Positions 17,935-29,229 of a DNA stretch of 39,733 nt are shown one piece after another; the first letter of the stretch is position 1; each line of letters starts with the position of its first letter. The notes under the pieces were generated by a model. That model was not told where the DNA came from and made no database searches. It worked only from the letters and a program-made list of their open reading frames with translations. Source of the DNA: Catajapyx aquilonaris. Its lineage: Eukaryota. The position numbers and the translations under genes are program-made. The stretch lies in assembly GCA_000934665.2 (NCBI GenBank), contig JYFJ02003591.1, forward strand, positions 1 through 39,733, in the 5' to 3' direction.

Positions 17935-18230
17935 GGGGGCTGCTGGGGGCTTGAAGTGTCCTGACTACTGGGTCTGAGGGGAATGGGGGAATCCTCCTTC
18001 TGCTGTCCTGGATTATTATCTCCGTCCAAAGTGGGGTGCGGGTATGCTGGTCTCTCTCCCTCTTCTCCTTGTTTCCTTCCCTAGTCCCGTTCGATCCTGC
18101 TCGCGTCCGAACGGATACAGATCCCAACCTAAGATGGCCGCCTTCCAAAAAGGGAGGGAGGGAGGGGGAAGGCGGAGGAGGGGGAAGGAGGAGGGGGAGA
18201 AAAGAGGCGGAGGGATACAAATGGGCTCAG
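17935..18230 (-). promoter_or_regulatory. UBE2D 5'UTR / proximal promoter with a YY1-type motif (AAGATGGCCGCC, 18131-18142) and a pyrimidine-rich start region
   Basis: GC/CpG-rich, ATG-free leader on the minus strand. YY1-like motifs commonly lie just downstream of housekeeping TSSs. Confidence 0.55.
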
Positions 18231-18617
18231 CGATGGAACGACCGGCCGGTTGGAACTAGCCCAACTGCTACTATGTTGATGACTGAGCAGCGTTGGTTAC
18301 GGTTGCTGTGGACTACCACTGTTCACACTACCACACGAACCGGACCCGGTCCACATACTGCAATGTTGCAACCGCGCTGGAAAAACCACGGCAACGTCGC
18401 ACAATTACGCATACAAATAACTAATACGTACGAACTAATAAGCAGCTACCAAAAAATGAGCTATAGAACACTGAGGGTTATCCACCCCGATTTTTCTACA
18501 TTACATTTGGAGGCCGTACTAGCACGTATTAGCATATCTACTAGTGTGATGTGAGGCTATGGATGATTATAGAAGGGTTGTGATAGAAGTTGGGGGTGGA
18601 AATGGGTGTTTATAGTA

Positions 18618-19014
18618 CGGAACTATTTTGCGGGACGGCCGATTATGTTCCGCGCATGGCTTCGTTTTTAGTTCCCTTTGTGGCCAACAGATGGCGGCAA
18701 GTCACCGGGTTACAATTCCAAAAATGGACTTGCCGGCTGCATTTTTAAAGTTTTGCCAAAAAAAAATTGTGCTGAAATTTTGGGCTACAAACATTGCACT
18801 AATAACATTGCTCAAAATTCAGATTTGTACGTACTGTACCGCTACAGTACTGTATTTAAATGCAAATATACCGGTACCGTATTTTTTTATGTGTATTTGA
18901 ACGTTTGTCATGTTTCGCACATATTTATTGCCAGAAATTGTGTGCATTTGGAACATTAGTTTCCTGGAAGAGAAAGGTGGGGATGGGATCGATCCGTTTC
19001 GCAAAAAATCCCCG
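18618..19014. mobile_element. Possible degenerate TIR element between the divergent promoters
   Basis: ATTTTGCGGGACGGCCGAT (18625-18643) is roughly the reverse complement of ATCGATCCGTTTCGCAAAAAAT (18988-19009). The centre is GTACTGTA..TACAGTAC. Confidence 0.3.
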
Positions 19015-20138
19015 AAACGTAATTCAATCCTCGGTGTCTAATCCGCCTGGTAGATGACGGGGTTGTCGCTGCGTGAAAATTCATATTCAGTTAAATTGCG
19101 ATCCGTTATATTTCACCGGGCATCTTTTTGAGATAATGCTAGTTTTGATGATACATAGAATTTTTCGGATAAATTTGCATTAAACTAATGCCCTAATGAG
19201 TTACTTAAGTCGACAGGAGCGCCACCTGTTCGGAAATGACGTCACAACCCAGCTGGGCGTTGGAGCAGCGATAACAATAATAGCTGCTCACATATTAGTT
19301 TACTATTGTAGTTGTGCATCGCAATGTAGCAGCTTGGCGTATGAGGCCTCTTTCTGTCCCAGTCGGTGTTCTGCAATAATGAGTCAACCCACATGCTAAC
19401 AGTTTTGAGTAAAATGGCCTTGAATGGCACACATGTGAAATTAATTCAGTGTCATTTTCGGTCATTTATGGCAGAAGTGGCAGAAGTATGCAGATTTCGT
19501 CAGATTGATGATTGATTGTAACTGAATGAAGTATGATACTTTTTGTGGGTTGACACGTTATTGCATAACACCGTCCAATTAGAGCTTGCTTTATTTCCTT
19601 TCGACTGGGAAGCTCTCCACTCACTGTCAGAGCGGCAGACTGATCGAGTGACTGCACTTACACATTCGCCAATGTAAACAGGGCCTCTATAAAAGACACC
19701 CTTCATTTCCATACCATCTGTAAAGAACAATCAGATGTTTCTAAATGGTACGGATAATTGATGCTGTAACATCTGACATGTTCTATAATATAGTCACCAA
19801 ATTGTAAGTTTAAAAAATATAAATAATGCCCTATATCTCTTGCTATATATTATTTTCTGCAGTCACGCGGTGACTCGTCATTACCAACGTGCATGTAGTA
19901 TCCTTGCCCCCCTGAGAGCGGCAGTAGTGTGCAGAGAAGGAGCCGATGTGCGAACTGGTAGTGGCAACGTCTAAGTGGGAGGAGGGCCGGGCAGTGTTGC
20001 CGAATTTTGGCAACCAGTTCACAAGCTGCTACATGGCTGAATGATAGCCAGCCCGCCCGATATTAGCTAATCCCTTCTCCCCCACAGCCGCTGGGCTGGA
20101 TTCGGCCCGTCTCTCCTCCCGTGTCGACTCGGTGTGAA

Positions 20139-20173
20139 TCAGTCGTCATAAGGCCGCGTAGTGGTGCGGTTCT
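20139..20173 (+). promoter_or_regulatory. Inr + DPE core promoter (A+1 = 20141)
   Basis: TCAGTC at 20139-20144 matches the Inr TCAKTY. GGTTC at exactly +28..+32 (20168-20172) matches the DPE RGWYV, inside GCGGTTCT (KCGGTTSK). Confidence 0.7.
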
Positions 20174-20647
20174 CGCTGGACTCCCCTCTTCCTCCATCCA
20201 CTTGGCCTGCACCACTACCCCCCCAGTTCCAAAACCAAAACAAACACAACGATGTGATCTCCACACCTCCCACCGTGATTATTTTCCTCCCTTTTTTTCC
20301 TCCCCTTCCCTCCACCCTACCCCAAACCCCCCCTTGATTTTTTAAATTCCATTTTTTTTCTTACCCTTTGGGAGAAAACTTTTAAGTTCCTGACCCTCCT
20401 CTCCCTCTTCTGTATTTTTTTTTCGTTGGGGGGATTATTCTGGCCTACGACTGCAACACCCTGTGGGAATGTAAAAGAAAGAGAGAGAAAAAAGGAGCGA
20501 GATTCTGTCAGGGGATGGAAATGAGACGACGAGTGTTCGGTCAGTGCCAACAACAAGAAGGGTCGTCGGCTGTGTTATTCAGTGAGAGGTGCTGGAGGTG
20601 CAGAAGAGTTGGAACGAACACGGGGAACGTCGCTGGCCAGTTCTGTG
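20141..20647 (+). other. Putative first (mostly 5'UTR) exon of an unidentified plus-strand gene
   Basis: Starts at the Inr, has low-complexity UTR-like composition, and ends at a consensus donor TG|GTGAGT (20648). The downstream sequence is T/G-skewed and CpG-free, like an intron. Confidence 0.5.
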
Positions 20648-20830
20648 GTGAGTGTTGCATGCTCTGGAGGAGGGGGAGGAGGAGGCATGGGCTCTGGAAG
20701 GATGGGGGTAGAACATGACCACTGTCATGGTGTTGGAGACACTGTAAAAAAAAAAAAGGCTTGTTGTGACAATTTCAAAGGTTTTAAAAGGTCCTGCCAT
20801 ATCAAATGAGAATTTGGTAATAATGTAAAG

Positions 20831-20918
20831 TACAGGGTGACCTACCAGTCTGGACACTTAGGTTATAATATTCTGGCAACCAACTATTAATGTTCCCAGA
20901 CTTTTGGGTCACCCTGTA
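20831..20918. mobile_element. Short Tc1/mariner-type MITE
   Basis: TA|CAGGGTGACCTACCAGTCTGG ... CCAGACTTTTGGGTCACCCTG|TA: TA TSD and CAGGGTG termini. Confidence 0.75.
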
Positions 20919-21837
20919 CTTTATATTTTTCTCTAATTAGGATTGCTGTGTTTGGCCTTACTAGGCCAACTTGTAAGGTTATGACATCTTCATTGCTGTT
21001 GGCTTGAATGTAATAGATGGCAAACAACAATGATGCTGTAAAAACTTGAACAGAAGTTGGCAAGATCCACATGCAATACAGTACTGGCATTACAAGTCTA
21101 CATCACTGATGATGTCAGTTCTGCATTATAAGGTACAACTGGCACTGAGTGACACAAGCAGTGTGTTTTACAAATTGGACTTCAGTTAACACTACTATGA
21201 CCAGGTGTTAGTACTTGGCAGCTACTTGGAAAGTAACAGTGGCATCTGCTGATTACATGATATAAATCATTCAATGAAACTAGCAACTAGCAAAAGAATA
21301 GGACCTAGCACTGTAGTCTATTGTGATAGCAAGAGCTGGTGATAGTCATTTACCGAAAGGCCTCTAACGGTGGACGGTGCATGTACACTACTAACAATGG
21401 AGCATGTGAGGGTGAAACACCTTGATCGCATACCCCAGATTTGTATAGAGGATTTATGAAGGATTTGTGTTGATAACAATCCAGCTTTATTATGAAAGTA
21501 TGTGGACCCAATATCTGAACTTGTTTTCCTCCATCAGTAACATCTTTAGCTGTAATTTCGGCCCACTGATTGCACCTTGAAAATGTACAGCAAAGGGTGT
21601 GAGAGCATTTATCCAGGGCAAAATGTAGCACTTGAGCATGACAGTGACGCCTCTGCAGCACCATTTGGTGAAGTGGGCTAATACTTCACCTCGCTGCTCA
21701 GTCATGTTGCTTAATTTTGCCAAATGTTGACCCAGGCGTTCACATGCAACGGGAGCCATAATGGAAAAGTATTCACCATGCTAGGTAATTATTGTTGCTG
21801 ATGGAAAAACATGTACCACCAACCATGTTCATCAGGT

Positions 21838-21859
21838 TTTGCACCAAATTTGGTGCAAA
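21838..21859. repeat. Perfect 22-bp palindrome TTTGCACCAAATTTGGTGCAAA, probably within a TE remnant
   Basis: Direct reading of the sequence. Confidence 0.7.
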
Positions 21860-24084
21860 CATTAAGTAATGGATGGTAAAGGACGCTTTATAAATGTACA
21901 AAGGTTGTTCATCCTTCATGTTCAAGACCATCCATCATCCTGTTAGAGAGTCCCACCTACACCCATGGGGAAACAGGCTTCGAGGGGCACCTGGTTTTAC
22001 TGCAATTATTATTCAACATTGCTTGTAACCCAGATAATAGGATATGAAGAATAAGGTCTAACCTAGTAACTGCACTGAGAGAGACGTCATGAATAATGAA
22101 TCAACTCTTGTAGGCTGAAGTGCATAGTGACTTGCAGGTCGACTGGCTCTGAAATTGCCGTGCTCGTTGCTAAAATTTTGGAGCACCACTGCCTAGCCAT
22201 GTCCATATTAAATGTAAATGAATTATTCAATTGCTTCAATTGCATAGGCATGTGTAATGAGCAAGTAAATGGTTGCAACCCCAGGGGTTATTAGTTTTAC
22301 CATGTAATGAGTCATGCAGTATCAAAGGAACCACGTGCATTTGTTAGTGGGACAGTGTAATCATAATTTTATAATACAAGAACCAGCAGTGCTGCGCTAT
22401 TGATTATGGTGTTGTAAACAGCCAGACAGGTGAAATGCATTGGAATTTTAACGAAATGTTAACAAACTGAAATAATATGTTGTATACTGTCATAGTTGAA
22501 CAAACATATTATTTTGCCAGTCTATTGCTTTTTATTTGGACTCAATTTGATATGCTACAATAGCAGTCGAATCAATATATTTTTTCTATTCTTCAGAGGC
22601 ACTGAGTCGTACTGCATTGTCTCCCCAACAATAGCAACTATTGTACTATTACAATGTGGTAAATAGGCGACTTATACATCAAGTACAATATGTCAGGGCA
22701 CAGCATTGTTAACGCCTTGTTGCACAGCAGCTTCCGCTACCAGTTGTGCCACTGGATAAAGATCCAAAAAAATATATATATATAAGCCAGCTGCGAGAGG
22801 AATGTGACCTTAGCGAAATTTGCCCCGCCACATTGTTTCGCCGCAGATGGAAAATTTCGATTCACTAAAGGCTGTAGCACCGTGTAAACATGACTCAACA
22901 CCAAAGGGACAAGTCAAGGTGATCCAGAAAACTGGGAGAATTAATGATAGCGTACCGCGAATTGCAATAATTAATGCCTTTCTCCAGTATATGTACAGTG
23001 TGTAATAATGCAATGATTCATATGAGCTTTTGCAGGAACAATGGCGGTTATGTTCTGTGTGCCCATGCATTTTTGGTTTTATTTTGTCATGGAGATATGA
23101 CCACTTTTTTGGTTTGGAAAGCAAGTCAGTGGGTAGGGACCCAGAATAAGTTCTCAGGAGGCGCATTGAGGCGAAGGAGATTCGCTTCGACTGCCTCGTT
23201 TCTCTTCCTGACTCATTCATCATGGATCCCCTTTTAGTTGTGCCTGACCTGACCACCACTTAGCATTTTTAGGAGGGTAGGACAAACTCCTTGGGAAGGA
23301 CCTTTGTGGTTCAAGTTTTTGTGATGATTTTTTTTTAAAGGGAGCCAACATGGGAGCAGGGCCAAGCATGCGGAAAAATATTTGGAAATATGTCAAAATT
23401 TGAAACTATTTCCAGTGCAATCTGCGAAAAATATATCTGCGAGAGGGAGAAAATGTCCGGTGGCCATTAAGGGACGAAATTGCTCGAAACAAATGGTTAA
23501 TGACTTTGGCCCACTTCATAAATGCTGCAGAAGTGACATCAATTTCTACCTAGGCAGTTAAATAGAGCATCTCTCTTTCTAGGAAGCGACATTAAAGCGA
23601 GTGTGTCATTATCTTCCTTTTCATTTCCATGCACTTCCTACATCAGGTTCCAATCCTGAATGGTGGCCATCTTTGTAAATGGCGTCGTTGGAGCAAAACG
23701 CGACACGTGACGTGAAAATGGGGCCACTCTTTTTGAAGACTTTTTGAGACCGGTGTCACCCGGACCGTGAATTGCGAGGCTTTTGTCGTGACTTTTGCGG
23801 ATTGGAGGAGAGTTTTTGTAGAGACCGCTATGTCCAGTGTGTCGTCCATTACAGTCGGATGAGTGACAAAATGGCTGCCAGAGTATTGTGCAGCTAGGCT
23901 TAGAAGCATAATTTTGAGCTGAACTTTCAAAACGGAGAAAGTGGGATTATGCGAAGGATATTTTTTGGGGATGCCGTTATAAGTAGTTGTTGTCGGTGAG
24001 GCTCTCAAAAGTGCACAGATGTGGAAAAGAGAAGCGCACCACACGATGAGGAGTACCTTCTTTTTTGAGACCAACGACCCTGTG

Positions 24085-24104
24085 TGCGCATGCGCGTGAC
24101 GTCA
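24085..24104. promoter_or_regulatory. Adjacent NRF1/Ewg motif (TGCGCATGCGC) and full CRE (TGACGTCA)
   Basis: Exact motif matches at 24085-24095 and 24097-24104 in a locally CpG-rich patch. Confidence 0.4.
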
Positions 24105-27100
24105 TGGTCGATTCTTGTCCTGATAAGCGATACTAGTGCGCCGCAGTACTGGTATACCTGCACGGTTGATTGAGTCTAATGCGCCTTGTCATGGGAAAAA
24201 TAAAAGGTGTGACAGCCACACGAACCAAACTCTAGTGACGTTCATTTGTACTGGTTTGAAGGTCACAATTTCTAAGTTTAATCATATTTAATAGCGTATG
24301 AAATGTTGTCAGTGTGCGCAATATCGGTACATGTGTGTGATGGAAAATTTCAAGAAAATTGCATAGTAAAAAATACATAACTTGTCTCGGGTTTACCAAA
24401 TGTTAAAACTTTGAGTGCTGAGGAGCCAAAGTAACTAAGGGTGTCTGCCTACATAGGTAGGACAGATATAATTAAGCCGGTGCTTTTCCTCCCTGCATAA
24501 TCTATACTAGTCTGTGAACACACCACTTCGCAGTCATCCTTTGGGTTGATCTTAAGACTTAATTGAAGATTATCCTCGGGCAGTGTAAACGTCTGAATCA
24601 CGGTGATAAGGATGTGAGTGATGATATTAAATTAAGTCTCAGTTTCCTAGGATAACCCTCCCTGTGCAATTATACGTGATATAAAGGGAGGCAGCAGGAG
24701 AGGGGGGGCCGAGATTGGGTCCAATGGCGCCAATTTGTCGCCCACCGTGCAGGGGTAGGGTCCGAACTTTATTAGGTAATTGGGAGCCTTTGGGAGGACA
24801 AAGGGGTTTGTCTAGGATTACAACCGGTGTCCTGCTACCATTGAATAAATAGAATGGCTTCAAACGTCGGGTTAAAGGGGAGGGTGTGATGGAAGAAAAG
24901 CAATCAGTTGAACGTGCTGTCACTATATGATATGGCATTTAATTTTGCATATTGTGTATTATTGTATTAATTAAATATGAACAATAGCAAAATAACATGT
25001 AAAGAGATACGTATGGAAATAAATATTTTAAAATAAATATTTGATAACATTGGATTTGGACCAATTTGTTTCATATTAAATAGACAAACGATAATTGCAG
25101 GCAGTCGGGTTAATCATTTGGCGAATTGCAATCTGCCTCATTCGTCAGTCTCGTGTTGCAACCTGCGCGTATGAAATCGAAATGACAAAATGGGCACCAA
25201 TTACCGCCATAATTTAATGTCGTGACGCGAGTGTCACGGTGACGTGACGTGCAAAGTGGCGGCCATTTCCTGTATTCGCTGCATCCGCCCAGAGGTTTTT
25301 ATTTTTTCTTTCTCCCAAGGATTTTTTTGTTCATATAGGTGGGGACCTCACTGCATCATATTGAAGGACTTGCATGGCCATTACCATTGGTATTCTGGGA
25401 AAATCCAGAGGAGTCATCGCGTGGTCAGGATGCGATCATTGATACGCGACGATTCGTCTGTCTAGAAGGCTTCATTGTCTGCAGACATTAATTTAGAGGG
25501 CTTGTTACGTAATTATAATTTGTTTGCACGGACCTGATTTGGTTTCAAGGTTGGTTACCGGGCGGGAAGAAAAATTAGTATCGATTTTTGGCGCCGTATA
25601 TATCAAGGGTGGTAGCATATACACGTCATCGCAACGTTCTGTATAATATAGATTTGCAGGGTACCCGGTATAACGCTGAGAAATGCCGATAGTCACGCTC
25701 GTAGCAGTATGTGCATCAGAATTGATGAACTCGATTAACTCATGCGATGTTTTGAAAATGAAATTGGCAGTCACATCGATGGAAAATTTTGAAAATTAAC
25801 TCAAAAAGTTTGATGAATTTAAAGTTTGATATGACCAGAAACGCCTCTCAACATATTTAGATCAATATTGCACAATAACATATTGTCTATTTTTGTGCAT
25901 GTTTCTGGGCACATTTAGCATCGTTTAACAACTGTTTTATAGTGCTGCGGATCATCGATGCAAGCAATTCGGCATGAAAGGTCCATGTGTATAAAGCAAA
26001 TCATTACACTTTGTTTCGCGCCATTCGCATAATTGATTTTGATTGACACCGTTACCAGTTTATCGTTGTTACACTTGTACTAGTCAACGTTTAGATCTGT
26101 AGGGCTTTGCTCTTCCTCCGCAACCAGAAGGGTCTCTCGGAAACGAGTCCATTTTTTTTTTTTGGCGAGTCCCTTTTCCTAAGGGCCCACTTAGGGAATG
26201 GTTTACTCGGTGTGGAAATTGACAGTGACGCGGCCACAATTTTTTAATGTCGTTTTTCCTCTTTTCTTGAGGCCTTCTTGGTCTCTCTCTCCCAGGCCCG
26301 TCTCTCTGCCTTGTGGAGGTAAAACGAGAGAAAAATGGTGGTCATATGCGTGTGAGCTATTGTCGAAAGAGTTCATCTTGTGCAACGTTGTGGCCATTGT
26401 TCTCGTCTAGCTTTTCGCGTGTTGCATTTTTATTTTTTTCCCCCCACTCTTGGGAAGAAGGAGCCTTGAGCTAGCCTTCTAGGCACTTAAAAATACCGTG
26501 GCTGTTCCGGAAATGTACTTGGGAATTGAAATGATTTTTCGGAACTACCTCGGAAATCGTCCCGTGCGAATCCGGCTCGTGTTTTTTAAACAGTATTTTT
26601 TTGCGATTTTTTTGGTGATTATGCAAGGGTATTTATTCGCGTGCAATTTCCCATCAGCGTGTCACGTCGAGCTGGGTGCGAGATTTGACTGCTAATTAGT
26701 AATATTTAGCAGTCAGAGTGTTGCCGGATATTATGAGGGTAAATATCGGTGACGTAATTTTTGATATATTTGGCAATGTTTAATGTGTAGTAATATAGCC
26801 ATTAATGTACAGGGTGATGATGAGGGTAAACAATTTATAATTTAAAATTGGGGAACTCGGGCAGTACACTAGCGCGCGTAAATATTTTTATAGCGTTGTT
26901 AATGACTGTGGTGACCGCTTGTCTGGGCCAGATGTGACCTCTGTGCCGCACGCACACTAGTGCTGATGACCTCCGAAGGAACGGGCACACACGTGTGTAA
27001 ATTGCTGGCAGACGGGCCAGAAAAAAATCTGGGTAAAATATGTTTTATTGTACCAATGTTGATATTAATGTAACTGAACGATCGTTAAAGTGAACGGTAA

Positions 27101-29083
27101 AATGAGGAGGTTATAAAAATCTACCAGTCTGTAAACTTCGCAGAGCGGAAATTTACCCTCGTTAATTACTTATGCATTAATTAGTCGTGTGAGAAGTGAA
27201 GACAGGCAGTTCAGTAGAACAAAGGGGTACTATGCAGGGACCTACAGGTCATGGGTAAAATATAAAAAAGCAAGTGGTACGTCGCCAGCTAACAAGACAT
27301 CCCTTTATTTGGGTTATGCCATTGAAGGAAAACAGTTGCAGGTTTACGACTTTTGTAACCTCGGGTTTTTCAAACCGCGACATTTTTTTCCGGGGAACGA
27401 CAAAAAGTGGCATCGTGATGCCAATTGAGCAACACTTCTCACATGTGTTATTTCGAGTGAACAATGAGCCAGTAGCGTAATGGTACACCGTATATAAAAA
27501 GGAGCAGGTGGAAAGAAATCTCTGGGATCTCTCTTTCGCATGGCAAAAGTGCAGAGAAAATTGCCCGTGACCTTCGGGCAGCCGTCACGACCCAGCCAAT
27601 TCCAACTATGGCTTCCTATTTGCACTCCAAACGTCACGTCACGCACATCATAATCCACATATCTGGGAGGTGTCACGCGAGAGGAGTCTGCAACAATGGA
27701 GGAAGGAAGAAAAACTGTGGCAGATGAGTGAGAGACTACTGTTGCAGAAAAGAAGTTGGTAGTAGTCCAGTGTGATGCAATCTGTTTGTATCTTAGGAGT
27801 GATCTGAAAGGGCGTGAGAAGTGGTCGGTCGTAACTTTTTGAGCTCAATGTCAGTTTTGCGGGGGTTTTTGTATAGTGTATTAGGTTGCGAACAATGTGG
27901 TTGTGATGTGCCTCATTGTTGGGGGTTGGGTACAGAATGAATTCTTTGGAGTGATGCTATCGAGTGTTTGTGTGGCAATGTGAGTGGTGCAAGAGCTGGC
28001 TGTTGTATGGATGGGATCACAACTGGTGCAATGTCGAACTGAGGTATAATTGAAGGACTGCTGTGACTATGGCACCCCTCTTGGTCATTGACCTGCTTCT
28101 ATGGCCCAAACTGCGAACTTGTAGATTTCATATAAATATAGCCGGAACAGTTGTAGAGCCATTTTTAATGCTCTGGGTGTGGCCAATTTAAGTACGGTCA
28201 CGATGTGTAAGCACTCGCACGACTTGTTACAGGGAACTTGATTACTTCAGAACAACACAAAGTGGAAACTTTGCGGTTGCACCGTATACATTTTTCCTAT
28301 TCATTAGACAGAACAGTGTAACATAGGCACGGGGTCTTTGAAAGCAAAACAGGTATGACAGCATCCAATTTACTCTTCAGAAAACAGCATAAAAGTACGA
28401 GCACTAATTAACGTAATGCACAAAAGGGCGTCGCCTAGCTTTTTTTTGCCATTTTATTATTTTACTTCCCCAATGGATTTCACTCCCTGTGGAGGGGACG
28501 CTCAGTGCAGACTTCAAAGTATATCCGAATGAGGCTTCTGCTCTGCCATATTAAGCCAGGGGTGTAATTAGGCATGGCCGAATATATGTGTTCATCTTGT
28601 CATATTAAAACGGCTCCCTCTGTCCCTCCGACGGGGCGTGCAATTTGAGAAAGCGTTGGCCATTTTGAAGCGACATAACTGCGACCGATTTTTTAGCCGC
28701 CTGTGAAAGTCCTAGGACCCGACCATCAGACGACATTAATTAAAAGGCAACAGGGCCTGCCTTTGGTACTTTCCATGCCGGGATCGTGTGCCTTTTAGAA
28801 GCCCGTAATTACGCGTCTCTTTTGTCTCCCCGTGGCCTTTGTTCCTTCAAGGAAGAGGACCCATCTTGGAAAGAAAGAAGGGAAAAAAAAGGAACGGTGG
28901 CCGTCCAGATGAGAAGAGTTGAAGGGAAAAGGAAGAAGTGGAGGAATATGGAAAGAGTGGGCAAGTACCTGGGAAGTACTTGAGGATTTATGTGGAATTA
29001 TGAAGGAATTTGTGTGAGTCATGAATTGTTTGATGAATTTGCTGATGATTCTAGGAGAATTTGAGGAATTTTGTGACAGATCG

Positions 29084-29229
29084 CCTGGAAGTGACTGCCC
29101 AGCTAGGCCCAGCTAGGCCACATGTAGCTAGGCCTAGCTCCATGTGTCCTAGCTGGGCCTAGGTAGGAGCACCTCTCTTGAATGCTATTTTGAGCTTCAG
29201 ATGTGCTACCTTACACCTGGAAGTGACTG
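29084..29229. mobile_element. 118-bp insertion-like segment with a 60-bp palindrome, flanked by 14-bp direct repeats
   Basis: CCTGGAAGTGACTG at 29084-29097 and 29216-29229. The palindrome at 29103-29162 (28/30 bp paired) is built from AGCTAGGCC units. Confidence 0.55.

Noticed and set aside
18088..18098. B-box-like GTTCGATCC in the UBE2D leader region
   Set aside because: Imperfect match with no A box or tRNA-like fold.
18036..18554. 172-aa plus-strand ORF and the overlapping 101-aa minus-strand ORF
   Set aside because: Both have non-ATG starts and are low-complexity translations of the GC-rich UBE2D promoter/5'UTR, with no recognisable domain.
22597..22658. Possible 62-nt exon (TTCTTCAG| ... 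TG|GTAAAT)
   Set aside because: Splice-like motifs only. The frame from the 20515 ATG hits a stop and there is no other support.
22810..24074. 149-aa and 143-aa minus-strand ORFs
   Set aside because: Non-ATG starts, random-looking composition, and no recognisable homology.
26920..27015. CTGATGA inside a possible three-way junction (hammerhead ribozyme-like)
   Set aside because: There is no GAAA after the putative stem II (it reads GGAACG) and no NUH cleavage triplet before stem I.
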